Below, in pieces: positions 9,341-18,907 of a stretch of DNA of 43,780 bases (the first letter of the stretch is position 1; every line of letters starts with the position of its first letter). Source of the DNA: a virus (lineage: Duplodnaviria > Caudoviricetes); the IMG/VR virus record IMGVR_UViG_3300044788_000040, positions 1 to 43,780 of that record; one strand, given 5' to 3'. Made by a program: the position numbers and the translations under genes. The notes beneath the pieces were generated by a model, which was given only the letters and a program-made list of their open reading frames with translations, ran no database searches and was not told the origin of the DNA.

Positions 9341-10408
9341 TCAGACCCATGTGATGGTTCCTACGATGGCGAGTTGTCCGAGCGCGGGCACGACATCGGC
9401 GGCGGGTACGGTGACGGCGTAGTCGGTGACACCCTCGGCGATTCCGATCGCGGTGCGGATCGCCGACAGCAGCACGGTGCCACGGCCCGCGCCGTCGCCA
9501 GGCTCTGCCACACGGGTCATCAGGTCGGCGAGCTCGGCGGTCACCGCCGCTCGCGTGTCGGCGTTGTCGGGGACGACGTGGATCGTGAAAGCGACGGCGA
9601 GCGAGGTCGGCGCGGCCGCGGTCACCGCCGCCGTAATCGGTCGTTGCGCATCGAGCGCCGCCTGCACCGCCGCGACCTCGCCGGCATCTGGGATGATGGG
9701 CACCTCGAGATCGCGAACAAAGCGAACGACGACGGTGCCGAGGCCGAGCTCGACGGGGTAGACCCACGCGCGCGTGACGCCGGCGACGGCAAGCGCCCAT
9801 GCTTCGTAGTCCTGATCGGCACCGCCCTCCGGAGGCTCGCGCAGGCGAAGCAGCAGGCGATCGCGAACTTCCTCCGTGCCCTCTTCGTCCACGCCACCAG
9901 CGATGCCGCCGGTCGCCACGGTGGCCACGGCATTCACGCCGGGGATCGGGCTCTCGAACGAGACTGAGGTTCCCGCCGGGATGTTCGCGGCGATGCCGGC
10001 GAGCACGGCCGCGACTGGCAGAGTCGCCGTGCCCGAGGCAATCACCTGACCGGTCGTCACTCGATACGCGGTCGCGGCGTCGAGCCGGAGGATCGTCTCG
10101 GCTGGGATCGAGCTGCCGTCCGTGCCGGTCGCCGTGACGTCGCCCGTCGCAAAGGCTGCGGGAACCGGCACGATCCCATACATCGCGGCCTTCTCGATCA
10201 GCGCCTCGCGCTCGGCGGTGTCGGCGAAGAGCTGCCGCGAGAGCCAGTCGAGGTAGCCGTACAGCAGATGCACGGCGCCGCCCCACACCGTGCCGAGCAC
10301 GTCGGCCATCGCGCGCCGCAGGATCGTGCTGCTGATCTCGAGGCGCCCGCGCAGATCGCTGCGAACGCGGTCGATCAGCTCGGCGAGCGTGGGGCGCACG
10401 AACGGCAC
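9341..10408 (-). CDS. Baseplate J / Mu gp47-like protein
   Basis: PFVRPTLAEL, GGVDEEGTEEVRDRLL, PPEGGADQDYEAWA, GVTRAWV. Confidence 0.93.
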   Translation of the reverse strand: MPFVRPTLAELIDRVRSDLRGRLEISSTILRRAMADVLGTVWGGAVHLLYGYLDWLSRQLFADTAEREALIEKAAMYGIVPVPAAFATGDVTATGTDGSSIPAETILRLDAATAYRVTTGQVIASGTATLPVAAVLAGIAANIPAGTSVSFESPIPGVNAVATVATGGIAGGVDEEGTEEVRDRLLLRLREPPEGGADQDYEAWALAVAGVTRAWVYPVELGLGTVVVRFVRDLEVPIIPDAGEVAAVQAALDAQRPITAAVTAAAPTSLAVAFTIHVVPDNADTRAAVTAELADLMTRVAEPGDGAGRGTVLLSAIRTAIGIAEGVTDYAVTVPAADVVPALGQLAIVGTITWV

Positions 10409-10415
10409 CCATCCT

Positions 10416-10444
10416 CATGGATCAGCGCCGCTACGCCGTGTCAA
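10416..10444 (-). promoter_or_regulatory. Variant late-promoter motif TTGAC-N14-CTGATCCATG
   Basis: Same spacing as other copies, directly upstream of baseplate J. Confidence 0.55.
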
Positions 10445-10474
10445 GCAACGCCGGGGCGGGCTGCGGGCTGCGGG

Positions 10475-11023
10475 CTACTTCCCTTGGATCACCGTCGTCC
10501 CGGTCAGGGTAGGAGTCGGGCTGATCGACGTTGGCGGTGTGACCGGACCAAGCGGCGCCGTGAGATGCGTGTGGTTCATGAACTGGGCCTGCGTGACGAG
10601 TGGACCGGCGCCGGCGCCGTCGTCCGCGAGGATCTGGCGGCCGGCCGCGGCCCGGACCTTGATGTCGCCGTCCTTCGTGATCGTGATCTTCGCGCCGGTG
10701 TTGTTGTAGACGACGACCTCGCCAGGCTGGCCGCCGGTCGGACGGTAGCGGCGATCCGACGTCGCGATCACGAGCGGATGCGAGCGGTCACCGTTCGGAA
10801 AGATGACGACCGCCTCGGCGCCGACGAGCGGCACGCTCGAGAATCCGTACGACTGAAAGTGCTCGGCGCCCTTGTCGCCTTCGACGGTCTCGCCAGCGAG
10901 CACACCGAGCTGCAGCAGCTGCAGCTTCGTCGCATCGTTGACGAGCTGGACGACTCCGCGTGCAACCATGTTCGCCATGCGCGTCGCGAGCGGCCGCAGA
11001 AGATGGTGGATCTCGCGCGCCAT
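10475..11023 (-). CDS. Baseplate spike, Mu gp45/gpV-like
   Basis: EHFQSYGFSSVP, GDRSHPLVIATSDRRYRP, C-terminal HTH iron-binding motif (NHTH). Confidence 0.92.
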   Translation of the reverse strand: MAREIHHLLRPLATRMANMVARGVVQLVNDATKLQLLQLGVLAGETVEGDKGAEHFQSYGFSSVPLVGAEAVVIFPNGDRSHPLVIATSDRRYRPTGGQPGEVVVYNNTGAKITITKDGDIKVRAAAGRQILADDGAGAGPLVTQAQFMNHTHLTAPLGPVTPPTSISPTPTLTGTTVIQGK

Positions 11024-12117
11024 CAGAGGGCTCCTGTCGCAAGTTCTTTCCATGCGCCCTCGCCGCCGACGATCGCGGTCTGCGGCTCCGGCGTGAAGGC
11101 ATCGGGCCGGACGATGCTGATCTGAGTCAGCGTTCCGCCTTCACCGATGGTGTACTCGACCTGCGAGATCAGCATGTCGCCCTTGATGCCGATCAGCTTC
11201 GATGCCGACACGTACACGAGCGCGTTCGGCGTCCACAGCTCGCCGCCTTGCTGCGTCCAGCCCTGCACGGTGATCGTCGCGGTCGCCGCCTTCGCTGCGC
11301 GGATGCGCGCCTCCCAGTCGGCACGCCGACGCGCCGCCGCGGTGTTCATCCCCTTGTCGGGGCGGATCACGATCACGCGGTTCGTGCGCGTCACGCCCAA
11401 GTCCGTTGCGGTCGCCTGCACGCGGAGGTCCTCGCCGGAAGCTTCGTCGGTCCCCGGTGGCTGCGACGAGATCAGGTAGGTATGGAACCGGTCGGCAGAG
11501 CTGTACTTCGCGCGCGCTGATTTGATGTTGAATCCCTCGATCAACCCGGAGGCGCGCGCCGTCCCGGAGCGTGTAATCACGATTCCACCGGCGCCATCGC
11601 TCACGACCAGGACGCCAGCCGAGCCAGCCGCGCGCTTGATCGCTTCGAAGCCCGTCTCACCCGGATGGGCCACGAGATAGGGATCCTTCGGCAGCACGAG
11701 GCCCGGTTGCACCGAGACCTTGATTCCGTGCGGCGTTGCAACCTGCCGCGCGAACTGCGCGATGTCGAGGTTGCGGTACGTCCATTTACTGCCCTTCGTC
11801 GACGCGTCGGGTACGAGCAGCGAACAGTCGACGAGGTCGGCCGCGCGATCGCGTCCGGTGATGGCGAGCGTGCGCGTCGTGGCGTCGCCGCCCGGCTCTC
11901 GATCGTCGACGTACCCGTCGATCACGACCTGGCCGTTGATCTCGACACGGCATGCATCGCCCTCGGCGATCGGCCATGGGTCGACGTCGCCGCTCCAGCG
12001 ATCGCTCACCTCGAGAGCGAACGATCCGCATAGGCTCTCGATCGAGAGCGTCACGCGGATCGACTTCCAGCCGCTGTAGCGCTTGCCGCCGACGATTAGG
12101 GCGACGTCGTCAGCCAC
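11023..12117 (-). CDS. Baseplate hub, Mu gp44-like
   Basis: YSGWKSIRVTLSIE, GRDRAADLVDCS, PGETGFE, RRADWEAR; GTG start 12117. Confidence 0.9.
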   Translation of the reverse strand: MADDVALIVGGKRYSGWKSIRVTLSIESLCGSFALEVSDRWSGDVDPWPIAEGDACRVEINGQVVIDGYVDDREPGGDATTRTLAITGRDRAADLVDCSLLVPDASTKGSKWTYRNLDIAQFARQVATPHGIKVSVQPGLVLPKDPYLVAHPGETGFEAIKRAAGSAGVLVVSDGAGGIVITRSGTARASGLIEGFNIKSARAKYSSADRFHTYLISSQPPGTDEASGEDLRVQATATDLGVTRTNRVIVIRPDKGMNTAAARRRADWEARIRAAKAATATITVQGWTQQGGELWTPNALVYVSASKLIGIKGDMLISQVEYTIGEGGTLTQISIVRPDAFTPEPQTAIVGGEGAWKELATGAL

Positions 12118-12259
12118 GGTCGATCCTCGATCGTTCGCGCGAACCGAATCCGAGCGCATTCTCAAAGTCGACAACGATCAGCCACAGCGTCCGATCGCAG
12201 CGGCGGCGAGCGGCCCGCACTGCAGCGATCCACAGGCATTGGGATACAGCATCAGCCAT
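12110..12259 (-). CDS. Possible 49-aa ORF between gp43 and gp44
   Basis: ATGGCTGA and GTGGCTGA overlaps at both ends; MADAVSQCLWIAAVRAARRRC... Confidence 0.3.
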   Translation of the reverse strand: MADAVSQCLWIAAVRAARRRCDRTLWLIVVDFENALGFGSRERSRIDRG

Positions 12260-13475
12260 CGCTGATGACCTTCAGGTCTCCGACGACGAATCCAGGATTC
12301 CGGATCGCGTTGCGCACAACGATGTCCGCCTCGAGATCGACGGATCCGTATAGCTGGTAGGCGAGCAGCAGCGACGGAACCGCCACGCGGCGCGTGACGT
12401 TCAGAATGCTCGCGAACACCTTGCCGCCGGGCACCGCCGCGAGCATCTGCGATCGGAGATCCATGATCGCGGGATAGGCGTCGTCTCCGGCCGCCGCGGC
12501 TTGCTCGTCGAGGATCGCCGTCAGTCGATCGCGAGCCGCGATCGCGGCGTCGATCGATTCGTACGGCACTACCGGTGCGAGCCTGACGGCCGCGATCGCA
12601 AACACGCGCCGCAGTGCGCTGGTCAGCGCGGCCTGATTCGTGAGCTCGCGCGCGCGAGTCGATGTGGTCGCGACGACGATGGGACCGAGGTCCACGGAGT
12701 ACGCAGCTGTAAAGGCGTCCATCACTGCACCCGGCGCGGCGAGCATCGTGTCCACGAGCCCATTCATCGCACCGCGGAACTGCCCGAGGATTGACGCCGG
12801 CGTCCGAACCAGCGACGACGCCTCCGCGGTCAGTAAGGCTACCTGACCTGTGAGCTGCGCGGCTTCCTGCGTGGCGCTGATGACCGGACCGAGCTTGTCC
12901 TTCAGCCCAGCCGCTGCTTTCTTGATCGCGCTCTCCGCGGATGCGAGCGCGTGCGATGGCAGGTTGCTCGGGCTGTACTTGTTCGCGAACTCGGTATCCG
13001 TCGCCGCGTCCGCGGAGTCGGCGCTGAGTCCAACCTGATCCGTGGAATCGGTGACGACAGTTGGTACAGGCGCCTGCGCCGGGGTCTCCGCGAACTCGAT
13101 CGCCAACGTCGCAATCCCGCCATCACCGCGCGCCTCGTGCACCGAGACGGTCACGCAGATCGCGCGACGCACGCCGTGATACGGATGTACGAGCTCGCCG
13201 GGCCCGCTCTCGTCCTCGAGCGCAGCGAGCAGGGCATCGCGATCGGCGAGATAGTCATCCCCGAGCACATAGCCGTCGACGCGGAACGTGCGCGCGCGGC
13301 GGCCGAGGTCCTCGACAAAGGGATCGTCGCGCAGTGGAAACTCGTGCGTCACCACACGCCGTCCGCCGCCGCGCTCCGAGACGTCGACCAAGAACGGCAC
13401 GCCACGAAACGACGCGCCGACGAGCTTACGACCGTCGGAGAGCCTGACCTTGCGGAGATCCTCGCGCCAGGTCAC
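12252..13475 (-). CDS. Mu gp43-like DNA circularisation/tail protein
   Basis: ASFRGVPF, HEFPLRDDPFVEDLGR, GPGELVHPYHG, LLLAYQLYG...IRNPGFV. Confidence 0.92.
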   Translation of the reverse strand: MTWREDLRKVRLSDGRKLVGASFRGVPFLVDVSERGGGRRVVTHEFPLRDDPFVEDLGRRARTFRVDGYVLGDDYLADRDALLAALEDESGPGELVHPYHGVRRAICVTVSVHEARGDGGIATLAIEFAETPAQAPVPTVVTDSTDQVGLSADSADAATDTEFANKYSPSNLPSHALASAESAIKKAAAGLKDKLGPVISATQEAAQLTGQVALLTAEASSLVRTPASILGQFRGAMNGLVDTMLAAPGAVMDAFTAAYSVDLGPIVVATTSTRARELTNQAALTSALRRVFAIAAVRLAPVVPYESIDAAIAARDRLTAILDEQAAAAGDDAYPAIMDLRSQMLAAVPGGKVFASILNVTRRVAVPSLLLAYQLYGSVDLEADIVVRNAIRNPGFVVGDLKVISDG

Positions 13476-14962
13476 GGCACCCCCGGAACCATCTGGTAGC
13501 CCACGTTCAGATCGACATCGGCTGTGCTCCCCGGATCGGTCTGCACTCGCGTGCCACGCGGCACGTTGGCGAAGTCGACGGTGATCTTCGCGGCGCCTGG
13601 CGCCTGTGAATCGCCGGGCGCTGCGCCGAAGACGTCGGCTTCTGTCGGGGGGCGCCAATTCTGCGCGGCTGCGGCTTGGTCCCGGATCTGCTTGGCGAGC
13701 TCGCGTTGGTACTTGCCGGTGGTGTAGATGTTGTCCGCCTGAGTGGGGTTGCCGCCGGAAACCCCGGCTAGCTTTCGGACAAAATTTCGTCCTACCTCGG
13801 AGTCCGCCACTGGCCCGGGCACCCCGAGGAGTCCAGCGAGCGCACTCCACCCGGAGCTGCCGCTGGACTCGGCGAGTATGCCCTGCTGTTCAATGTCATC
13901 GGCGAGAGCCTTCTGTTTCTCCAGAGGCACCGAAGCGGCGACCTGATCGGCGGCCTTCTTCGCCTGCTCGTGCGCATCGTTCCACTCCCAGATTTCCTTC
14001 ATCTTGTCGTAGATATCGCCGAGGATCCCGAAGAACTTTCCCAGCTTCTCGATCGCTTGGCCGACCCATTCGACGACCGCTTTGATCGCCCCAGGCAGCT
14101 TTTCGCCGAAGTTCTTCGCCCACTCCGCGATGTCGGCGCGGTGCGCGACGAACCACTCCGACAGCCGCCCGACGATGATCTTGAGCGCCGGCGCGAGACC
14201 GCTGACGATCGCGGCTTCGGCTCCTTGGATGGACGCGTGAAGGTCATGCATCGAATCGTCGACGTCACCTGCCTTCGCCGCCGCGTCCTCCTGCGAGCCA
14301 GCGAGATCGATGAATCGAGCGGAGAGCTGCTTGACGCCTTGCTCGCCCTTCGCGAGCAGCGGCGCGAGCTCGGGCCCGAGACCGGCAGCCGCAGCCAGCG
14401 CCGCACGCTTCGCTGGATCCTTGAGCTTGTCCATCGCAGCAGCGAGCAGGTAGAAGGCCGCCTCGTTGCTCTTCGCCTTCTTCAGCTGCTGCCCGAGCGC
14501 TGGCGAGACGAGATCGAGGAACTTCTTGAATCGTCCGGTATTCGCGCTCAGCTTGCCCATGTTGACGCTGAACGTCATCAGGCCGGCATCGAGCGCCTCG
14601 ACCGGGGCGCCCGCTTTCTCGGCCGCATAGCGCATCGACGCGAGGAAGTCGACGCTCACGCCGAAGCGCTCCGCCTTGTCGCCGAGATCGTCGAACTTGT
14701 TGACGAGGTGCATCAGGCCGGCCACGGCCCCGCCGACGAGGCCGGCAGCGGCGGCTCCGACGAGCGGGATCTTGTCGAGCACGCCGCCGATCACGCTCGC
14801 GATGCGCGAAAGCGTCGCTCCGATCGCGGTCCCGATGTCCTTGAAGACGCCCATGGTGGGCTTCGCGACCGCCGCGATCTTCGCGTTGATCGCGCGAATG
14901 ATCGCCGTGGCCCGGTCGACGGCCCGGATCGTGATCGCGAGTTGCGTATCCTTTTCAGCCAC
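13472..14962 (-). CDS. Tape measure protein (short, 496 aa)
   Basis: ITIRAVDRAT N-terminus, Ala-rich helical sequence, position after chaperone. Confidence 0.85.
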   Translation of the reverse strand: MAEKDTQLAITIRAVDRATAIIRAINAKIAAVAKPTMGVFKDIGTAIGATLSRIASVIGGVLDKIPLVGAAAAGLVGGAVAGLMHLVNKFDDLGDKAERFGVSVDFLASMRYAAEKAGAPVEALDAGLMTFSVNMGKLSANTGRFKKFLDLVSPALGQQLKKAKSNEAAFYLLAAAMDKLKDPAKRAALAAAAGLGPELAPLLAKGEQGVKQLSARFIDLAGSQEDAAAKAGDVDDSMHDLHASIQGAEAAIVSGLAPALKIIVGRLSEWFVAHRADIAEWAKNFGEKLPGAIKAVVEWVGQAIEKLGKFFGILGDIYDKMKEIWEWNDAHEQAKKAADQVAASVPLEKQKALADDIEQQGILAESSGSSGWSALAGLLGVPGPVADSEVGRNFVRKLAGVSGGNPTQADNIYTTGKYQRELAKQIRDQAAAAQNWRPPTEADVFGAAPGDSQAPGAAKITVDFANVPRGTRVQTDPGSTADVDLNVGYQMVPGVP

Positions 14963-15113
14963 GGCGTTTCACGTTGATCCAGTTAGCTCGATCGAGCCAA
15001 AACCTGAGCTCGTCGACGTCCATCGCCCACAGCTCGGATGGCTGCACGTGCAGTGCGTACGCTAAGACTGCGGCGCCGTCTTCCCACCTCCGAGGCACCT
15101 CGCGAAAAAACCC
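14955..15113 (-). CDS. -1 frameshift extension of tail chaperone (P2 GpE'-like)
   Basis: G-GGT-TTT slippery heptamer; -1 frame reads ...LAYALHVQPSELWAMDVDELRFWLDRA. Confidence 0.8.
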   Translation of the reverse strand, partial: GFFREVPRRWEDGAAVLAYALHVQPSELWAMDVDELRFWLDRANWINVKRRG

Positions 15114-15451
15114 AGCGCGATCGCGATCACCTCCGCGCCATCTTCATCCTCGAGTGACTCGATCACCTTGAGTGGCTTGCCACACATGCGTGAGGCGATC
15201 AGCAGCAGTTGATCGAGTGGCGGTATGGCGTCGATGTTCAGGCCCTTGAGGTCGCCGAGCTTCCCGCGACGGAACTCGAGCGAGGTCACGGTATCTCGGC
15301 CGAACTCTACCGGCTTCCGAAGCTTGACGATCACCGGCCACTGCCGCTCGGCCACAACGGCAGCTGCGGCCTCTTCTGCTTCGGCATCGGCATCGATCTC
15401 GTTCGCGGCCGTCGTCGGCATGCCGGCGGCGATCGCAGCCAAGGTCGACAT
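15062..15451 (-). CDS. Tail assembly chaperone (Mu gp41-like)
   Basis: VKLRKPVEFG, LEFRRGKLGDL, ends LGFF at slippery site. Confidence 0.85.
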   Translation of the reverse strand: MSTLAAIAAGMPTTAANEIDADAEAEEAAAAVVAERQWPVIVKLRKPVEFGRDTVTSLEFRRGKLGDLKGLNIDAIPPLDQLLLIASRMCGKPLKVIESLEDEDGAEVIAIALGFFARCLGGGKTAPQS

Positions 15452-15816
15452 CAGGAAATCTCCTCGGCGTTCGTGCCTTCCCAGCGGACGGCGATCTCGG
15501 CTTCCTCCGAGCTCGCCGTGCCCTCGCCCGAGAACCACGCATCGCGCAGGACGATGACCTTGCCGTTCGCGAGCGTCAGCGTCACCGTCTGGTCCTTACC
15601 GGTCACCAGCGCGGCGAGATCGAGGGTGCCGCGATCCGTGATCGCGCCCTCGATGAAGGCGACCTGCGGCACCTCCTTGAATCCGTGGACGGTGTCGGAG
15701 CCAACCATCGTCTCGCGTTTCGGGCGTCCGAGGTTGTAGGAAAAGCTGCCTTTGCAGTCGGCAATTTCACCCGAGATCTGGAGCTGGATAATCCCGGCGC
15801 GTCGCTGATCGGCCAT
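15451..15816 (-). CDS. Tail tube protein (Mu-like)
   Basis: RETMVGSDTVHGFKEVP, TLTLANGKVIVLRDAW. Confidence 0.9.
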   Translation of the reverse strand: MADQRRAGIIQLQISGEIADCKGSFSYNLGRPKRETMVGSDTVHGFKEVPQVAFIEGAITDRGTLDLAALVTGKDQTVTLTLANGKVIVLRDAWFSGEGTASSEEAEIAVRWEGTNAEEIS

Positions 15817-15822
15817 GTCCCG

Positions 15823-15851
15823 TCAGGATCACGACGACCGCGGGCTGTCAA
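15823..15851 (-). promoter_or_regulatory. Late-promoter-like motif (copy before tube)
   Basis: TTGAC-N14-GTGATCCTGA exact. Confidence 0.7.
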
Positions 15852-15892
15852 CGACGGCGCTGCTCGAGCGCCAGGTAGCGCCGCCGGCGGTA

Positions 15893-17377
15893 CTACAGCC
15901 GGAACTGGATCTGGGCGCCGACGACGATGAGGCCGTTCAGGATGTCCGGCGGCAGCAGGAAGTCGAGGCGGTTCGGATCGGAGACGTTCCGCTCGCAGAC
16001 CAGGTCCCGCTTGAACTGGTCGAAGCCCTCGACGAGGCCGAGCTCTTCCATCTCGCGAAACCACGTGATCGCCTCGGCCTTCCCGAGCTTCGGCGTGATG
16101 ATCGCCTGCCCGGCGCCGAAACGCGTGCCGTCGTTCGCCAGCTTGTGGCGCGGGTAACGATTCTGCATCCGCACGCGAAAGCTGAAGCGCAGGTAGAGCA
16201 GCGTGAGCATCGTCGTCGCGTCGAGATACGCCGTGTCGGCCGCGCCCGACGGGCTCAGCTGGTACGTCGTTATGATCCGATCGAGCTGCACGCCGCCGCC
16301 TGTGACACGCTTCGTCGTCGCGATTCCGCTGAACAGGAACGTGTTGCGCTCGGTGAACGAATCCCACTGGTCCGTTTCTGGAGCCGCGAGCGCACGTGTC
16401 AGCGCGAGAGTTTGGAAAGGACGCGCCGGATCCACAGCGCCGGCGACTGCCACGACCGCGGCGACCTCGGCCGCGAACTCCATCGGTGGAGTCAGCGGGG
16501 CGAGGCCGGTCTGCGAGACGATGACCGAGTGCGGGCTGTTGCGTCCCACTCCGAGCGCCGTGAGCGTCGAGAACGAGCCGGTTGCCGACGTGATCGCGAG
16601 GCCCTGTTGCTGCCGCATCGGCCCGAACCGCGTGGCGAGCTCGCCCTCGATCGCGACAAGACTCGTCGCGTCGGTGTACGGGTGCGACCAGATCTGGAAC
16701 CACATGTCCGCCATCGCGGCGATCAGGTTCGTCATCACCGGGTTCAGCGTGCCCGCGACGACCGCGCCGACCGCGGTGATCGTCAGCGTCACGCCGGCAG
16801 GCGTTGCGTCGCCGTCGCGGAAGTTGGCGCGCACGTCGTACGCGTTGCCGGCGAGCCCCTTGTGGCGGAACGTGAGGGTCACGGTCGACGCGCCGACGCT
16901 AGCGGTCACGGGAAGATCGGCGTTCGCGTTGATCGCGGCACCGATTGCCGTCGCGATCGCCGTCGATGCATCGGCGTTGTTGACGCCCACCGTGACGCGT
17001 TCACCGCCGAGGTAGAGCGCGATCGTGCCGGAGGCGGTCGCCGGGCCGGCCACGACGATCGTGCCGGTCGCCGCCACGCCGCCGCCGTTGTCGGAGAGCA
17101 CGCCGAGCCAGAGCTCGGTGCTCTTGTTGCTCGCGAACCACGCGAGCGCCTGACGGTGCAGCATCGATCCGCGTCCGGCGCCGGTGATCACCTGGTCGAT
17201 GTTGCTCACCTTCACCAGCGCGTCAGCGGTGAAGGTGCCGGCAGTAAGCTTCTGTCCGATGAGGAGCGCCTTGTAGGCGAGGAGCGCCGGCCCCTGTTGC
17301 GCCTTCGAGGAGTCGAACTCGACCGCCACGAATGGAATGCGGATATTCGACGGAACCGAGTTGAAGCTGATCGACAT
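15893..17377 (-). CDS. Tail sheath protein (Mu gpL-like)
   Basis: ISFNSVPSNIRIP, GRGSMLH, DPARPFQTL, RYPRHKLANDG, DPNRLD. Confidence 0.95.
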   Translation of the reverse strand: MSISFNSVPSNIRIPFVAVEFDSSKAQQGPALLAYKALLIGQKLTAGTFTADALVKVSNIDQVITGAGRGSMLHRQALAWFASNKSTELWLGVLSDNGGGVAATGTIVVAGPATASGTIALYLGGERVTVGVNNADASTAIATAIGAAINANADLPVTASVGASTVTLTFRHKGLAGNAYDVRANFRDGDATPAGVTLTITAVGAVVAGTLNPVMTNLIAAMADMWFQIWSHPYTDATSLVAIEGELATRFGPMRQQQGLAITSATGSFSTLTALGVGRNSPHSVIVSQTGLAPLTPPMEFAAEVAAVVAVAGAVDPARPFQTLALTRALAAPETDQWDSFTERNTFLFSGIATTKRVTGGGVQLDRIITTYQLSPSGAADTAYLDATTMLTLLYLRFSFRVRMQNRYPRHKLANDGTRFGAGQAIITPKLGKAEAITWFREMEELGLVEGFDQFKRDLVCERNVSDPNRLDFLLPPDILNGLIVVGAQIQFRL

Positions 17378-17381
17378 GGGC

Positions 17382-17606
17382 CTACCTCGTGGTCAGCGGC
17401 TTGATCGGCTCGTTGCCGACGGGTTGAACGGTCTCCGCGACGCGCGTGATCTCGCCGTGGAGCACGCGGCGAACCCAGAACGTGTTCTCGGGCACGTCGG
17501 CGGTATCGAGAACCTTCCCGTTCTCGGGATCGATGAATGGCGAGCGCTTCGTCACGGGGTCGATCAGACCCGCGGCATTCGCTGGATTGACGAGCTTCAC
17601 TTTCAT
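17382..17606 (-). CDS. Mu gp38/DUF2635-like protein
   Basis: IDP...VPENTFWVRRVLHGEI; precedes sheath. Confidence 0.8.
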   Translation of the reverse strand: MKVKLVNPANAAGLIDPVTKRSPFIDPENGKVLDTADVPENTFWVRRVLHGEITRVAETVQPVGNEPIKPLTTR

Positions 17607-18163
17607 GGCGTCTCCTGAACGGTGAACGTGTCCTCCGCTGGAACGGTCGTGGGCACACCGCCGACGAGCTGCTGCTTCGCGTCGACGGTCGCGAAGTCAT
17701 CGGCCGGCGTGCTGCCGGCCTCTAGCGGGTAGGTGCGGTACGTGATCGCATACGTGAGCGTCACGATTCCGACGAGCGGATCGCTGCGACCGTCGTCCTC
17801 GACGACCTGCATCTCGGTCGCCTCGAGCGTCTGATCGACGATGGTGCTGTCGAGGTAGTAGTCCGCAGCCATCGCCGCCTCGATTTGCTCGGCGAGGTCG
17901 TCCATCGCATCGTCGACCGGAACCGCATCGCTATGTGCAACCCACCCCGTGATCTCGAGCTTCAGGTGCCGGCATAGCTCGATCGGGGCGGTCATCGCCG
18001 ATTCCTCATCGGTCTCTTCGTTCAGCGTGTAGACCGAGATCGCCGGAAGCTGTGACTTCTTATGAGGCTCGACGCGTGTGCCTTGTACGCGCGCACCGGC
18101 CGACGTCGCGTTGGTCAGCAATGTGACCACCGCATGTCGGATCAGCTTGCGCTGGTGGGCCAT
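17603..18163 (-). CDS. Tail completion/terminator protein
   Basis: AHQRKLIRHAV, LPAISVYT, DDLAEQIEAAM; position. Confidence 0.75.
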   Translation of the reverse strand: MAHQRKLIRHAVVTLLTNATSAGARVQGTRVEPHKKSQLPAISVYTLNEETDEESAMTAPIELCRHLKLEITGWVAHSDAVPVDDAMDDLAEQIEAAMAADYYLDSTIVDQTLEATEMQVVEDDGRSDPLVGIVTLTYAITYRTYPLEAGSTPADDFATVDAKQQLVGGVPTTVPAEDTFTVQETP

Positions 18164-18172
18164 CTACCGTCG

Positions 18173-18201
18173 TCAGGATCACGGCCGTGCCGGGCTGTCA
18201 A
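18173..18201 (-). promoter_or_regulatory. Late-promoter-like motif
   Basis: TTGAC-N14-GTGATCCTGA exact. Confidence 0.7.
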
Positions 18202-18212
18202 CGCCGGCGCTT

Positions 18213-18566
18213 CTACGTCCACATCAGGCGAACGCCGACGACCTGCGCGCCGGCGTTGATGATGAACGAGGCCGTCGAGGGGTCGATCGAGATCGTGTCC
18301 GGGTCGGTGTTGTGCAGCCGCACGCCGGTGTCACCAGCGTTGCCCTTGATCTTGAGCGCGATCGCGTTCGCCGCCGGCTTGCGAATCGTGCACGCCGTCG
18401 GGGTCGAGCCGCCGGTCGGCGCGGTGATCACGTTGTCGCCGGAGGCGAGCGTGATGAGCTGGAGCTGTGCCGGGCTCGCCTGGTTGGTGGCGGCGGAGAC
18501 TTCCTCGACGCCAGCGACGTCGCCCGTGTACGTCACCGTGATCTTGCGTTGTGCAGACGTCGCCAT
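18213..18566 (-). CDS. Hypothetical structural protein
   Basis: 117-aa beta-rich, RBS AAGGAG. Confidence 0.7.
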   Translation of the reverse strand: MATSAQRKITVTYTGDVAGVEEVSAATNQASPAQLQLITLASGDNVITAPTGGSTPTACTIRKPAANAIALKIKGNAGDTGVRLHNTDPDTISIDPSTASFIINAGAQVVGVRLMWT

Positions 18567-18580
18567 CGGGTCTCCTTGTG

Positions 18581-18907
18581 TTAGGTCACGAGTCGCAGCG
18601 CGAGCACGACGCCTCCAATGCCGGCGAGCCTCCGCTCGATCACACGGTACTCGAGCGCGCGGATCACCAGCGTGGGCTCGTCGTCCTCGGGATCCGTGGG
18701 CAGATCCTCGAGCCGGAGAAACACCGCGGGCCCGACCGCTTCGACGCCCGCCTCCGCGCCGCCCTTGACGAGAACATACTGCGCGTCGAACACACCGGTC
18801 ACGTCGACCGGTGCGCCGAACTCGGGGCGGTACGTTACCGTCTCGCCGCCGAGGTGACCATGCACCGCGCGATCAGCGCGCTGCACAAGGTCGTCGAACG
18901 CGCTCAC
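18581..18907 (-). CDS. Head-tail joining/head closure protein
   Basis: LGGETVTYRP, VTGVFD, YRVIERR...VLAL; position after capsid genes. Confidence 0.75.
   Translation of the reverse strand: MSAFDDLVQRADRAVHGHLGGETVTYRPEFGAPVDVTGVFDAQYVLVKGGAEAGVEAVGPAVFLRLEDLPTDPEDDEPTLVIRALEYRVIERRLAGIGGVVLALRLVT

Noticed and set aside
5466-10408. Diversity-generating retroelement or invertible tail-fibre cassette
   Set aside because: No reverse transcriptase, invertase or TR/VR repeat pair seen
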